Shown here one piece after another: positions 1 through 12,505 of a stretch of 64,000 bases of DNA. The stretch comes from Halocafeteria seosinensis. Taxonomy: Eukaryota. Every line of letters begins with the position of its first letter. Positions within the stretch are counted from its first letter, which is position 1. Position numbers and translations under genes: made by a program. Location: NCBI GenBank assembly GCA_001687465.1, contig LVLI01000003.1, positions 1 to 64,000 on the forward strand, read 5' to 3'. The notes under the pieces are model-generated. The model worked only from the letters and a program-made list of their open reading frames with translations, had not been told where the DNA came from and made no database searches.

Positions 1-598
1 GTCCCTTGCTTGGTGTACAGCAACTTCACAATGACTCAGATCGATAAGGTACCCTTACCTGCTTCCTCACGCTTTCTCTTCCGAGTTAATCTCTCGTTTT
101 CGCTTTCTGCGAAACAATCATACCGGATAACAAAGGCCTTCATGAGCACTCTCGGAGCCTCGCCTAAATCAACAACGGGTTGGTGTGCATGGCGACGACA
201 TAACGATTCCCTTTCTCACGGCTGTTCGTCCCGCCACACCATAGGACCGCAACTTCATAATGACTATTGGAAACGGCTGAAGCTTCCCATTTTGTCCCAA
301 GCTGGACTCCCAACCCACGCCTAAGTCACCTATGAAATACTCTGATACACATCCAACAAAACAGTTCTCACTACCGGTATTGGATCCATCCCACCAACAC
401 ACCTTACTGTCCATGGTAAGCAGCGGCTGCTGCGTTCGGAGGACAAATGCCGAGTGCACACTCATGCAAACGCCATAAACATCAGACGTATGATCAACTT
501 GGAGGACTTCCGGTACGACCAAAACGAGGCATGACGGAAAGCCGCCATCCACGATACCACTTGCCTCCCTCGGTAGCAACATCCACGCAGCAAGCACG

Positions 599-796
599 TT
601 TAAGAAGACCCAGAAAAAAGCCATAACTCATCGCAGGATCACTCTCCCTATGCCCACCCCTCCTGGTTTCGGTAAAACAACGACCGTAATCAACTTGGAA
701 GGACGTCGTCCATCAAAAAAGGTCGGCTTTTGAACCCCGTCATTTAAAAAGACCCAGCAAAAAGACACAACTCGTTGCTGGATTACTATCCCTACG
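599..796. repeat. Diverged 54-bp direct repeat (599-652 and 743-796, 144 bp apart)
   Basis: Ungapped alignment TTTAAGAAGACCCAGAAAAAAGCCATAACTCATCGCAGGATCACTCTCCCTATG vs TTTAAAAAGACCCAGCAAAAAGACACAACTCGTTGCTGGATTACTATCCCTACG gives 44/54 identity. Mismatches are not concentrated in one codon position. Confidence 0.85.
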
Positions 797-875
797 TTTC
801 CTTCCTTGCAACCAGATAACGTCCGCGCATAACCCTTAGAAGCGCCAAAAGGGCCGGCGGGAATATACTGCTCCC

Positions 876-1475
876 TCACGAGAGAAACACAAATTGCGGT
901 CCATTCCAATCATCTTTAACACACACATAGGATCTCAGCAAAGCACTCAAACGCACCCAATATCTATAGGTGAGTAGGAACTTACCTATCTCGTGCGCGC
1001 ATAGTTTCCTAATCAAGGCACACAGCTTGTTGGTCAGCGAAAGTCCTAGAAGACCCACTTCCTGCGTAAATGAGGTAAATATACCGGCTCCCGACGCTCT
1101 CCACTCGTCAACTTTCCGTTTCATTTGGTCCCTCTCGTCGGGAGGGTACAAATCCTTGAGGCGTTTCTCTTCATACGCATCGCAAGCCTCACTGTCACCC
1201 AAAAGGAAACAAGCAGCCACGACCTTGTGCTTGACTTCCCTTCTTTGGTATGCTAATAGGGTCCCATTTCCTTCTTCGCGGCAAAGACATCCTAGGGCAT
1301 TATTAATAAGGGCTGATGTAACCTCCTCTCTTTCATCCAAACATTCTGTAATGCACTGAGCCCAGCGAACTTCATCCGTCACTTTGCATTCGTCCGGTAT
1401 AAACCAATCAGGAATCCCTTTCAACGCTTTGGATAGTACCAACTTTGGCGCTTCCTCCGGAGCTGCAGCTGCCAT
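876..1475 (-). CDS. Hypothetical protein (about 200 aa)
   Basis: Long ORF starting MAAAAPEEAPK at ATG 1475, protein-like helical composition, possible in-frame GTAAGT..AAG intron at about 914-985. No family recognised. Confidence 0.5.
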   Translation of the reverse strand: MAAAAPEEAPKLVLSKALKGIPDWFIPDECKVTDEVRWAQCITECLDEREEVTSALINNALGCLCREEGNGTLLAYQRREVKHKVVAACFLLGDSEACDAYEEKRLKDLYPPDERDQMKRKVDEWRASGAGIFTSFTQEVGLLGLSLTNKLCALIRKLCAHEIGKFLLTYRYWVRLSALLRSYVCVKDDWNGPQFVFLS

Positions 1476-2580
1476 TCTGGCGCTATTGTCCAATGAGTTG
1501 GTGTGTTTAAACGTGTTGGTAGTGGGCTAAACGGCTCCGAAAGTCAGGCCTGCCAACTACCTGCAATAAAGCCTCACCCTCAGCACTGCCAGTCAGCAGA
1601 AAGGGACTGTTTGCGTCTCCGTCTTGAAACAAATGGCTGGACAACCCTTTTGATTCACTAACTTGTTGTGACAATATTGTCCTATCGGAGTGGGACCGTC
1701 CACTGGGACGTCGACGAACTTCAAGTCGACCCTATATACAGAGTGATATTGCAAGCATTTCCTGATATGACATGCATCTAATATTGTTGGGGTAGATTTA
1801 ATTATCTCAGTTGTGTGAGTGATTGTGTTCTTGCACTTGGAGATGTCAATGGGAGAGGAACGCGGGTGCCCTCCACACAGGGACAAAAAGGGTTGGGTGT
1901 TGAAGTTGCCCTTGCGCTCCCCCTGTCACGAAATACATGGGGACTCCGACCAAACCTCCAGCGTCTGGAAATATCGAAAGCATGCGATTACACACGGCAG
2001 CATGTGTTAATCGCCGCCATGGACAGACTAGGATCTCCTTATAAACTATTGAGGTTAGCCAAGAGCCTCACAAGTAACACATGGAATCTCGTGCTCACCG
2101 GCAATAGAATACCGTAATCGGTGAAAGAGACACTTACATCCTTACGAGTAACTACCGAATCCACGCACCATGGTACGAAATACTTGTAATCGTCAACTGA
2201 TGTAATTACGTCATAGACGAGCCACGTAGGAAAGCTGCAGTGAAATTGCCATTAAAGATTCGTTCTCGGCAAACCAGGAAGACCAGCGCAGAGCAGTGGT
2301 AGGAACGTACTGGAGCTGTCTCCGTTCTTGGTGCTGCAGAGGGCGCGTTGAAAAGGGCCTCGATAGCCTTGGAATCGTGGTGACAGCAGATGGCCAAGTC
2401 CATGTCAACTTGTTCCGTGCTGCTCTCCATTGCAATTCCTTGCGAAACGCGTGTCGCATTCTTCCGGTCCCACCTAAAATCGTTCAACGCGCAACATCAT
2501 CATGTCTTGGGTGGTCAGCATAGCTCGGAAACTATCAAATACCTTACAAATGGGTCATTTGGCACAGGTACTTCCTTCAA

Positions 2581-2620
2581 TCCGGGCCGAGGGCCCGGAC
2601 GAATTCAGCCCGGATTTTTC
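2581..2620. promoter_or_regulatory. Palindromic GC element upstream of VPS50
   Basis: TCCGGGCC-GAG-GGCCCGGA is a perfect 8-bp inverted repeat, followed by GAATTCAGCCCGGATTTTT. A near-identical element is at 9018-9036. Regulatory role is inferred. Confidence 0.45.
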
Positions 2621-2713
2621 ATTCACCTCCAAGAAAACCACATGTGTGATTTATGCGTGTGCATGTGTAGGCCGTAGTATGTTGTTCGAAGCCGCACAAG
2701 GGGATCGAACGAA

Positions 2714-5700
2714 ATGAGCGAGTCGATGATGGAAAAGGCTCGACGGCGCCTGGGGTCGTCTTCTGGCGGCGGCGCCCGCGCTAGCCGAGGGGGTTCTGCA
2801 TCTTCTCAAGACATTTTAGCGAGTGCTGGCACTTCCAAGAACCCCCGGAAGGTGCGTATCCTTGCGAGTGCTGCAATCCGAACCTACCGCCATGGGCGAA
2901 CCTGTGATCTTGCAGGGATCTGAAGGTGTAAATTCGTCAGCTGAAATTGAACCAGACGAAGTGCTGGAGCAGTATGGATCCCAAGTGTATTCGGAGGATT
3001 TTGACCCTGTCCGGAGCATTTTGGTACGTGCAAGGTTCTATGCACGTTGCATTGATTGGTGTCCTTGTAACGTTTTACTTTTTTGGTATGTCGATTCCAG
3101 GAAGAAATGCCGGCGGAACCACAAGAGATGGGATACTACATGATGACCCAGCAAGAGCGGACTGATATTGCACGGGATGCCATTCAGTCGAGGTTGAACA
3201 AAGCGATCATGAATAACTATAACGAGCTGATTGGCGGAATGAAGCACATACAGGATATCGATCTTGATATCAGCAAGGCATCAGTTCAGATTGTGAACAC
3301 TCTGCGCAAAGTCAAACTTGTTAAGGATACGTTCGCACAAGTGGGGATTAGGATCGCTGCAAGGAGACGACGGAGAGAGAGACTAGTGCAAATCAAAGAA
3401 AAGCTTCAATGGCTGCATTCCTTGACCACTGCGCAATCCGACATCGCTGAGGCTTGTTGTAACTACAACTTTACCGACGCTATGAAGAAACTGCATCAGT
3501 CTCAGAAGCGGCTTCAAGATACGGCCCTCAGGAAGTACAGCGTTCTGGGTGATATACGATCGCGGCTACTCTCAGAAAATGCCTGGCCAGAATTACGAAA
3601 GCAAATAGACTCTTCTCTCCTGTTTCTCGTAAAGGAATGGTCGCAGAATGATCCACTACCAGGAAAGCAAGACCATGTGCTTCAGGGATTCGGTGGAACC
3701 CACGAAGAGCAGGGTACTGAGCTGCTCAATTTAAGTGAATTTAGTAGGCGTTTTTCGAATATTGTTCGTGGTTACAACGAACTGGATCGGATTACGGATC
3801 GGGTGAGCGGTGAGGAAGCTGTTCAACAAATCAACCAGTTGAAACATGCGACGGATATTCGTGATGATTCTGTCTGGGCGCAGTGGCAAGAAAATTCAAT
3901 TAAAGTTTCTCAGCTTGAGACGTTAGCTCATAAGATTCACAATTGTGTGGTCTCGTCGATCGCATCCACCACCAAAGAGGCTCTGATCAGCGTCATCCTA
4001 GAAGCCCGGGGAGTTACAGAGGGTGCATGCCGCGCACTTTACGAGAAAAGTAATGTTCTTAGTTGTGAAGAAGGGAAGGAGGTAAACACTGACGCTTTGG
4101 AGGAGTATGTGAATGAAGATGCCCGCTTGAAACAACTACGCTTTCCTGAGCTTTGCACGGAGTTGGCGCAATGCATAAGCCAAAAGCTCACTGATGATAC
4201 ACCAAGCACTCACTCCTTGAAGTTTTCAAGTTCCAGGAGGTCGCATAAAAGAGATTATGAAAATGTTAAAACATCCGGTACAACTTCTACTGTGGAAACG
4301 TCATGCAATGAGCTGAGTGCAGAAGGAACGCTGGTGCATGCGTTTTCGCGCATTGTTGCCGCTATAACTTCAGTGCTACATTCTCATTATCTAATGCTGC
4401 AGATGTTGAGAACTCCTTTGGATTCTAGAAACAGCTCTTGGGAATATGTGCATCGCTGCGGCGTGGAAGAACACGACTCGGTACAGGGAAAGACTTCAAA
4501 CAGTAAGGAAGAGCAGAAACTAGTCTCGGCATTGAAAGAATTGAGGACTGCCTCTTTGGCCAGCCGAGAAGACATTTGGATGGCGGCTCAATCCCAAGTG
4601 GGTACACTTTTGCTCTCTATAATCGGAAGTTGCGGAAACGATGCCCCTGAGGCTGGGGTGACAAGATGCTTGGCAATAGCTTTCGATTTTATGCACGTCG
4701 GCGCGGAGTATATAGGTATTACCGCCGTTCCTAAAAACGAAAATGATGAAAACGAAGAAGGAGTGAAGCCATGGAAGCTTTGGAAAGTTGTTGCTTCATG
4801 CTCGAAATTGCGGGATAGTCTTCATCTTGCTTGCTCACATTTAGTGGACTTCACGAGAACCCAATCTTTATCGAAACTAAGGACATTACTCAGCCGAGAT
4901 CAATGGGTCAGCGCTCCGGGATCTGCTGAGCACCATTGTGCCTTGTTGACGGAGCTGGGAAAGAGTTACGATGGGCTATCGTATACGTCCAACACGGAGT
5001 CGCGACACGTAGGTTCTGCTGCGGGCGCTGCTACGGTGTTCCTAGCGGAACGTAACAGGGTTCAGGCACATGAAGAGCCTATTTCTGCTCCTCTTCCAGG
5101 AGAAGCTTTTCGCTCGTGCAGTCTCCTCCGGTATATTGACTACCTCGTGTGTGCATCTACTGCTGCTTCATCAGAGGGTTTCCTTGCTGGCCGACGGAAC
5201 GAATCGCTTATGATGGGAACGCTTGGGTACGAACTCGACAAGGATACCAACAGTGACGCGTGGGCCTTGGTACCATCTCTAAATGAAATCCGTAATGCAA
5301 AATCACCCGAGGCTCTGGCAGAACACTTTGGTTTGCCGGCGTTTGCACAGCGAACAGCGAGAGAGTTTCAAAATTCAGATTTGAACCACTTCTCCAACTT
5401 TCCCAGTAGATCGTCAGAGGACGATCGAATGAGAGAAGTCTTTGCCTCTCTGGCAATCCTAGCGAGTGCTGATTCCAGTAGGTTCCAATTAGGCTATGTA
5501 TTTCCACGCTGGATGAGGGGTCGAGTGTTTTCAATGTATGGAGGTTGGGAAGACGTAAACAAGAAGCTGAAGCATCTTCTATCGCACCATTTAGTAAATG
5601 CGGAGACTATAGTTGCTACCGACGTTGACATGAGTGATTTTGCTCTTCCCGAGTCTAATCCATTTGGACGCGTTCAACACATGAAACCGTTTCTGGAATG

Positions 5701-7957
5701 TGTTTTATACGCTCTCCAAAATTTTGATTTGAACGAGAAGACTTTGCTGAAGGTATGCCCATTTTCACCGGAATCATTGAGGGCGAAGCAAACGGGCGAT
5801 TCCTCTAAAGTAAACGACAATAATGCCCGAGTGGAAGAAAAGAATGCTGATAAAGAAGCTGATGTGTCTAGATTTAGCAGCAGTAGTAGCGAGTCAGACC
5901 TTGCGTCGGAACGGGAAAGCGAGGACGAAGACTCTGTTGAGCTGGGAGACAACGATATAGAAGGGGTAAAGCTAGATGAGATGTATGAGCCCAGCAGTCG
6001 TTCGGCCTTCTGTAACATTGTCAACCTGTTGCTTTCGCCAGAGCTTCAGAGACATTTTGACAAAGATGGAGGAGGCTCAGGAGATATCATCAGCGGCCAG
6101 TTCTCACTGGCCCCCAGTCGTGTGGTGGTCGAAGGTGTGTTTGAGTCGATTCAGCAGTACGTTGAATTGGCTCAATGCCTTCCAGGCGTAGGAATAGAGA
6201 TATGGCAAGCGGTGGCAGATGTCATCCATTTATATATTTGCGCATTAGCGACATCGATGGTTGATTCTTCAACAATGACAGAACTGGTTGAAACTCAAGG
6301 CGTGCGAATGGAGAGAGTTATTGATAAGGCTGTTCAAGGCCGGGGCAAATCTCAATTCAATTGCTTCGATTCTTCAGATATACCGAAAACCTTGCTGGAT
6401 AACATTGACTCTGTGCCTCATTTCGACACGGCGACGTTCAAAACGTCGCTGCGGACGACAGCTGGATCTGTAGTTGCAGCTTCGTTACACGCAATGCTTT
6501 TGGATTCAGAAATCTCGAAAGGTGAAAATAACCGCAATTTTCCCAGAGTGTCATTGGAGACAGCTGTCCAGATGACTAGCTCCCGAGTGTTTGGATCGAA
6601 GCCTGCGGCTGAGACCAACGGTAAAGTTGGTTCAGCGCGCTTTGACGCTGTGAGAGATTTGTATAAGTTCATCACTGAGTCCAGGAGTAAGGAGCTCTTG
6701 CGATCACATCAATATCAGAAATTTGAATCGTTCGTGCCTATACTGAATGACACTGGCCTGCGCGAGCTCGCCGGTCTCCTGATGGAGGTAGGAAGTGACC
6801 CTTCAATATTCCCTCTGTTGACTCTCCGCGACCTGCTCTTATCGTCAATAGACTCCTTACAAGAGCATGGCGAGAAGCTGGATGGAACAGGAACTAGCAC
6901 TCAAGAAATAGGAAAGCCAGTAGGAAGGAGCCAATCAAAGAAAAAGCAGGGAAATCGTAATGATGTAATCCTCAGCCCGATAAAGTCGCGTCATGGAGGC
7001 TCTAAAGAGCAGTCTGCTAAGGAAGCTTTGGATTCGTTGCGGGAATCGTTACACACACAGGCCAGGAATCCTGGCCACTTTTTCAAATTGAGGAGAAACT
7101 CCTCCACAAGTGTTACATCTGGAGGCAGTAGAGAGCGCTCTTCTATTCAGACAGAGTGTGTGGCTGCTGAGAGCCTAATCTACGCGTTGAGTTTAGTGAC
7201 ATCTGCGAAGAAATGGCTTGAGATGACTATACCATCGGGCGGTCAGGGCAATCTTCAAGGATGGTACAATAGGCTTGTCACATCAGTTGTGGAATTAAGG
7301 GGAATCCTACTTGCGCAAGCTGCAGGCTCAATATTCTCAGACATCGATGGTCTTCCCGATATGGTAACATCCAAGAAGTGGAACTCCATTCGTGACTTCT
7401 CCGAAGTTGAGCATTCTGAATATATTAAACCCATCACTTCGGAGATATTGCAAGCAAGGAGATATCTGGACGCGGAATGTGGAAAGATTGATGTGAGGAG
7501 ACCAGCTACCGAAGGAAAAGTACCGAGCACCTCTGCGCTGGGCATCGAAGCTATTTTGAATGATAGACTTATGCTTGGATTTATCCGTGGAGTCGCTCGT
7601 GTGCCGAATTGCACTTTTGAGGGGAGAGGTTTGATGACGATGGATGTAGATGCCATTTATCGCGCAATGAATCACCTGTTCCATCGACCGCAACAGTATT
7701 CTATTCGGTCTAAAGAACTGGTGGTGTCTTATATCAAAGCCTACTACTTTGATAGGGAGGAGGATATTGCCCAGTGGATCAATGACAATAAATATCGGTA
7801 CCCGTTGGAAGCATTCATAGGTTTGTTGAACAATGGCCCTGCGTCTGCTGAAATGAGGAAGACAGGCTCTTTGAATAAACGAAGAGATGATTGTAAGGAT
7901 GCTCTAATGGAGAGGATTGCGGAAGAGTTGAACGAAACGCTCGACTTAAGACCGTAA
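2714..7957 (+). CDS. VPS50: Syndetin / EARP complex subunit VPS50 (CCDC132), 3 exons
   Basis: Exons 2714-2851, 2916-3023, 3101-7957 with phase-0 GT-AG introns. N-terminal YSEDFDPV and IMNNYNELIGGMKHIQDIDLDI; C-terminal CTFEGRGLMTMD and SYIKAYY, typical of Vps50. Confidence 0.88.
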
Positions 7958-8116
7958 AAAGTTGTGTGTCTGTCTTGGCTATCTCTAGGGAGCGGTATAA
8001 CTATTTCCTTCAACAATCCATATCCTGTAGTTTGTCGACACTCCTGAATATTGACAGAAAAATAAGTTTTCCTATACACATCTGTTTCTGTTCAGAATAG
8101 TATATGTGATTCGGCT

Positions 8117-8933
8117 TTATTCTTCCATTGTTTTATCCACGGTTCGCCGAACTTTCCGTCTGAACTGTCTCTTATCGTCTCGGAACATCTTCTGCAGCGA
8201 CAATGAGACGGCATAACCCAGGTATCATTCCTAGACTCACACTGTGCGAGCAATAATGGAACGAGATGGTTCAACTTACTGCTGCGTCGATATTTGCCGG
8301 GGAGTTTATATTCGGGTCAGCCAACATACTGACAACTGACATTAGAACCGCCTCCACACCAATAATAGGTCTCCAGCGTTCTTCTGCTGTTTCTAATTCG
8401 TTCATTTCATCCGTTCCAGGTGGGTGAAGAATCGATATACAGACGCGACCGTCTTCATATACTGCAATACGTACGAGGAAGTCAAGTCACTCAATTCCAA
8501 CGAAGGAAGCGAAACATTTTGTTCTCTCTTGGGAAACAGAGGTCAGGGGCGACTATTTCCCGTGGGACCAAACCAAATTAACACACACACACACACACAC
8601 GTACTATTTGGATGCCACATTTCCGAAGTAAACTTCATATCTGGGGGGCTATTGGGGAAATCCTCCGGGAAACTCAATTCTGCTTTGAAAAAGCCTTCTT
8701 CACTGCATCCCAAAAAAAATTTTGAAAAATTCCCTACTTTTTCTTCTCTCTCCGGGCAATGAAACAGACACTTACTAGGGGGTCCCTGCGGGCCCTACAA
8801 TGAGCACATCCCACTGAAATAAGTCATCATTTCGTAAACCCACAGACACGCCTTCCGGAGGGTTCTTGGATAATTCAGAGAACTGGCGACGCAATAACTC
8901 TTGCGCATACCGCTTCCCACCTGAACTGGCCAT
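8117..8933 (-). CDS. UBE2G: Ubiquitin-conjugating enzyme E2, Ubc7/UBE2G family, 4 exons
   Basis: Spliced product reads ...[61 protein letters not shown]...PANIDAAKMFRDD...TMEE*. It has HPN, the catalytic Cys and the acidic loop of the Ubc7/Cdc34 class. Confidence 0.93.
8581..8600. repeat. (CA)10 microsatellite in E2 intron 2
   Basis: acacacacacacacacacac lies directly after the GTAC donor on the minus strand (intron 8462-8604). Confidence 0.95.
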
Positions 8934-9017
8934 CGTGACACATATACATCTACTCGGACCGCTATAATCACCACACAATACGCATTTAGTACCCATCTAA
9001 TACAAGTCGAATGGAAT

Positions 9018-9066
9018 TCCGGGCCGAGCGCCCGGATTTTTTCTCCTCTCCCGGGCCGAGCGCCCG
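9018..9066. promoter_or_regulatory. Tandem palindromic elements in the UBE2G/RPS6 bidirectional promoter
   Basis: TCCGGGC-CGAGC-GCCCGGA (9018-9036) and CCGGGCCGAGCGCCCG (9051-9066), centred in a 199-bp divergent spacer. Confidence 0.5.
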
Positions 9067-9132
9067 AGGCCCTTTATTAAGGTGTATATGGACGATGTTG
9101 AAAGTCGAGTGGGACAGTAAAGAAGTAAAACA

Positions 9133-9567
9133 ATGCCGTGTTACCGACTCTTGTGCTGGGCGCGGCCAGAGTCGTCGCCCAAGGAACTGGCGGAAACCTT
9201 CAGGAACTTAGCTCGTTTGGTGTACCGGGAGCAGGGACAATTCAGAACTATTGATAATTTAGGCGTCAGGCCCTTGGGATGGACGTTACGAAAACCCTAT
9301 GAGAGGTTCAATGAGGCGAGGCTCGTCGAGTGCAAGTACGACATTGCGCCGGATGGGAAAGATGAACTGGAAAATTACTTGAAAAGTTCGACACCGGTGC
9401 TCCGATATTTCCACTTTAAAGACACTTCCAAATTAGGCGAATTCAAACGAGGAGCACCAAAGAAGGGTGGCAAGAAACATTTGACAGCGGAAATGCTTCG
9501 GACAGGCCACTTATTCAACCCTGAAACTAACAAAGTAGAGCGAGATCCCTTCGACATCACACGCTGA
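9133..9567 (+). CDS. MRPS6: Bacterial-type ribosomal protein S6 (probably mitochondrial bS6m)
   Basis: MPCYRLLCWARP start, IDNLGVRPLGWTLRK (the S6 GxRxLxYxI motif) and VLRY near the end of the domain. Intronless. Confidence 0.85.
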   Translation: MPCYRLLCWARPESSPKELAETFRNLARLVYREQGQFRTIDNLGVRPLGWTLRKPYERFNEARLVECKYDIAPDGKDELENYLKSSTPVLRYFHFKDTSKLGEFKRGAPKKGGKKHLTAEMLRTGHLFNPETNKVERDPFDITR

Positions 9568-9937
9568 ACAAGTCATCATTTGCACTGACGCACCCAAGCA
9601 GCTGCACACGGAAGTATAAATGCTTAGGGATCAATGGAACAAAGAATATGAATCCTGGTTCGAAAGAAAGACTTCCAGCTATCCTTGGCGTCTGTGTCTT
9701 AGGAGAACAAGCAACGTATCAGGGGAGCTGCCGCTGTAGCAGGTCCACAACCATAAGCATGGTCATCCTTGCTTATTTCGAACCACCAGGTTCCGTATAG
9801 GATATGTGATAGCCGATTAATACGGTATAGTACAATTGCACGGCATGGGAAAACAGCAACAATAGACACACAAATGATGGGGAATACTATATGTGCGGAG
9901 TATGTGTTATTATTCTTGCTATCTTAAAGCATAGGAC

Positions 9938-11995
9938 TTAATTGGGCTTCTTGATTTCCACATCCTTCTTCTTGGGGTCAAACAACTGCAAAGAATCGCC
10001 AGTATCCATTGTTAAAAGCATGTGAAGAAGGAGAACCCAGAACAACACCGACACCTTACCTTAGGAAGTTTTTCCCAACATTTCTGATATTCCATTTCTC
10101 TCTGCTCACAGTTGAGAGCGTAGTCGGTGAGTCGAAGCATGAATGAGGTCTCGAACATGAATGCCAATCCGCTTCCAAACCACTGAGGTTCCAAATTGGC
10201 TGTGCTCGCCGCGTAAAATGTGTCCGAGTCTGGTCCATGTGGAGTCATACAAGAGTGCAAACTGGCTCCACCGGGAACGAAACCAACTTTTGCGTCATAC
10301 TTCCCGTATACCATTCCCATATATTCAGTCATGCAGTTGCGGTGGTAGTAAGGTGGACGGAAGGTGTTATTCATCACCATCCACCGGGGCGGAAAGATTA
10401 CAAAGTCCGCAACGGCGACACCAGGGGTTGTCGAAGGGGCGGTGAGTACTGTATAAATCGAGGGGTCAGGGTGGTCAAACGTCACGCTATTCATGCAGCA
10501 GAAGTTGTCCAAATTGTACTTGTAGGGAGTGTAGTTTCCATGCCACGCGACGACATCGAAAGGAGTATGCTGCTGCTTGGTTTCGAATATTTCACCCATG
10601 TACTTGTTTACAATTTTGAATTCTTCATCTTTATCTTCGTAATGAGCAACGGGTGTCAAGAAGTCTCTAGGATTGGCCAATCCATTTGCTCCAATGGGAC
10701 CAAGATCCGGAAGCTTGAAGTGCACTCCATAAACCTCCAAGATATACCCCCTCGAGGGCCCATCGACATCTACACTGAATTTCATTCCTGATTGAATGAC
10801 AACGATTTCATGAGGAGCAACACTCAAACGTCCAAACTCAGTAGTGATTGTTAGGGTTCCCTGCTGTGGAACTGTGAAGCAAACGTCATCCATTCATTTT
10901 CTCCATCTCGAATAGTTCTGCCCATTGCGAATGGTACGTACCTATCAAGAAGTCCCCATCGGAGTTGTAGAAAGCTTCGTTCCCCATACTAGAATTGCAG
11001 GCAAATAGGTGAATAGCGATACCACTTCTTGAGGCAGGGTCACCAGCACCACCTGTGTCGGCAGAAAATATTCGGTATAGTTACACACTCGGTGGATCGA
11101 CACCAACAAGCTTCCTACCTTTGGTGCGAAGGCCTTGCAAAAAGGTTGTTTTCTCCTCTGGGATAGGTTGCGGTTGCCAACGCATCTGTAAATGCATCCA
11201 CACTTGTTCTACCCTCCACTTCTTGTATGTACCACCACAAAACTGATCATACCTGGTTCGGGTCAGCATGCGCCTTCGTGAAGTCACAGCGGAGGTTGGG
11301 GTAATCCTTGCATTTCAAAGCTTCATGCTGCACAGAGGGTCTAATACGATACAGCCAGCTGCGGTCCATAATCGCGGAGCAACCATCAGTGAACAGTTCT
11401 ACTGAAATATAGCCACTGCGGACCGTCGTACGTACCTCCGCTTGTTTTGGGCACGTGGAACGGTGAACGCCGTTCCCGAGAGTTGCTCGGTGTAGAGGCC
11501 GTACGGGCACTGCAAGAGCCACAAGCACAAAATAGAGAATAAAGTTATCCCGTGGGTCACTCTTAAAACCCAGAAACCACACACGAGGACAACCGTAGAA
11601 CAGAGACCAGAATCCGGCGTAATACCCTCTCTTTAGTCAAGATACCAATCCGCAGTTCGTTGCTAGCAAGGCCACAAACGACACGCTCTTGCGCCATGTT
11701 CCTTGTTTGTGCCAGGGTATACTTGATCGGGCCTGAAACACGCTTCGCCGAGGGACCTGCCTCTACTAGAATAGAATATCCAACCTACCTTTTGTGGATT
11801 GTTCTGCCCTTTAGGCAGAGCTCCTTCCAGCGCTTCGGTCGCGAATTCATTGCCAAATCCCGACATGTACAAGAAGGGGTCACTCTCAAAGTCTGAGCGC
11901 GTGCACCCATTCAGACGGGACCGCTTCTCGATGGATCCATCGTGTGTATCAGCGCCCGGAGCGCTTCGCTTCTGGCCACGTTGTGAAGATGACAT
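9938..11995 (-). CDS. HGD: Homogentisate 1,2-dioxygenase, 7 exons
   Basis: [101 protein letters not shown]. Introns 11510-11788, 11359-11435, 11186-11252, 11053-11118, 10872-10941, 9986-10059. Confidence 0.96.
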
Positions 11996-12505
11996 ATTAC
12001 GATACAAGAGCGACGTTTGCGCACTTTCCGACGACAGAAGGAGAGATACAGGCTCGTTTTGGGACAAATGAGCGAGTACAGATAGTAGGTGTGATGCGAC
12101 AACAAAACCCTCATTTAGCTGCGTCGAACAATGAACACGCTGCCGCTCCAAAGGCGACAAACATTTCGTTACCTTTGGAAGGAAGTCAGGGATGTCTTCC
12201 AGTGCATCGGTAGATGCGTGTTGTCAAGGTATAGCCAACAACTAGGATGGTGTAAAACTGCACAAGGAGAGTATAATTCCGCGGGGTTTTGATGCCATGG
12301 ACGACCGCAACATGGTCAAAAATGGAAATGTGAAGCTGGCGTTGTGTGACATTTCTTCACCAAAATCGTGTTTCCGAGGTTTATTTCCCTTCTAAGGAGT
12401 ACTCCAGGACTCCACCCTTTACCAGACTCGTATCCCGTCCTCTTGGATACTATGCCGCTGTGCAACCAGCCGTGGCTGGACGTATCGGTGAACAAGTGAA
12501 GAACT

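Noticed and set aside
2856..2863. GTATCCTT, a U12-type donor consensus in VPS50 intron 1
   Set aside because: The reading frame is preserved by the ordinary GT donor at 2852, and no U12 branch site (TCCTTAAC) is seen.
9655..9665. GGTTCGAA, a B-box-like word
   Set aside because: No T-stem or cloverleaf surrounds it, so no tRNA is supported.
11510..11788. 279-nt first intron of HGD as a possible ncRNA host
   Set aside because: I saw no snoRNA boxes or striking stems, and long first introns are common.
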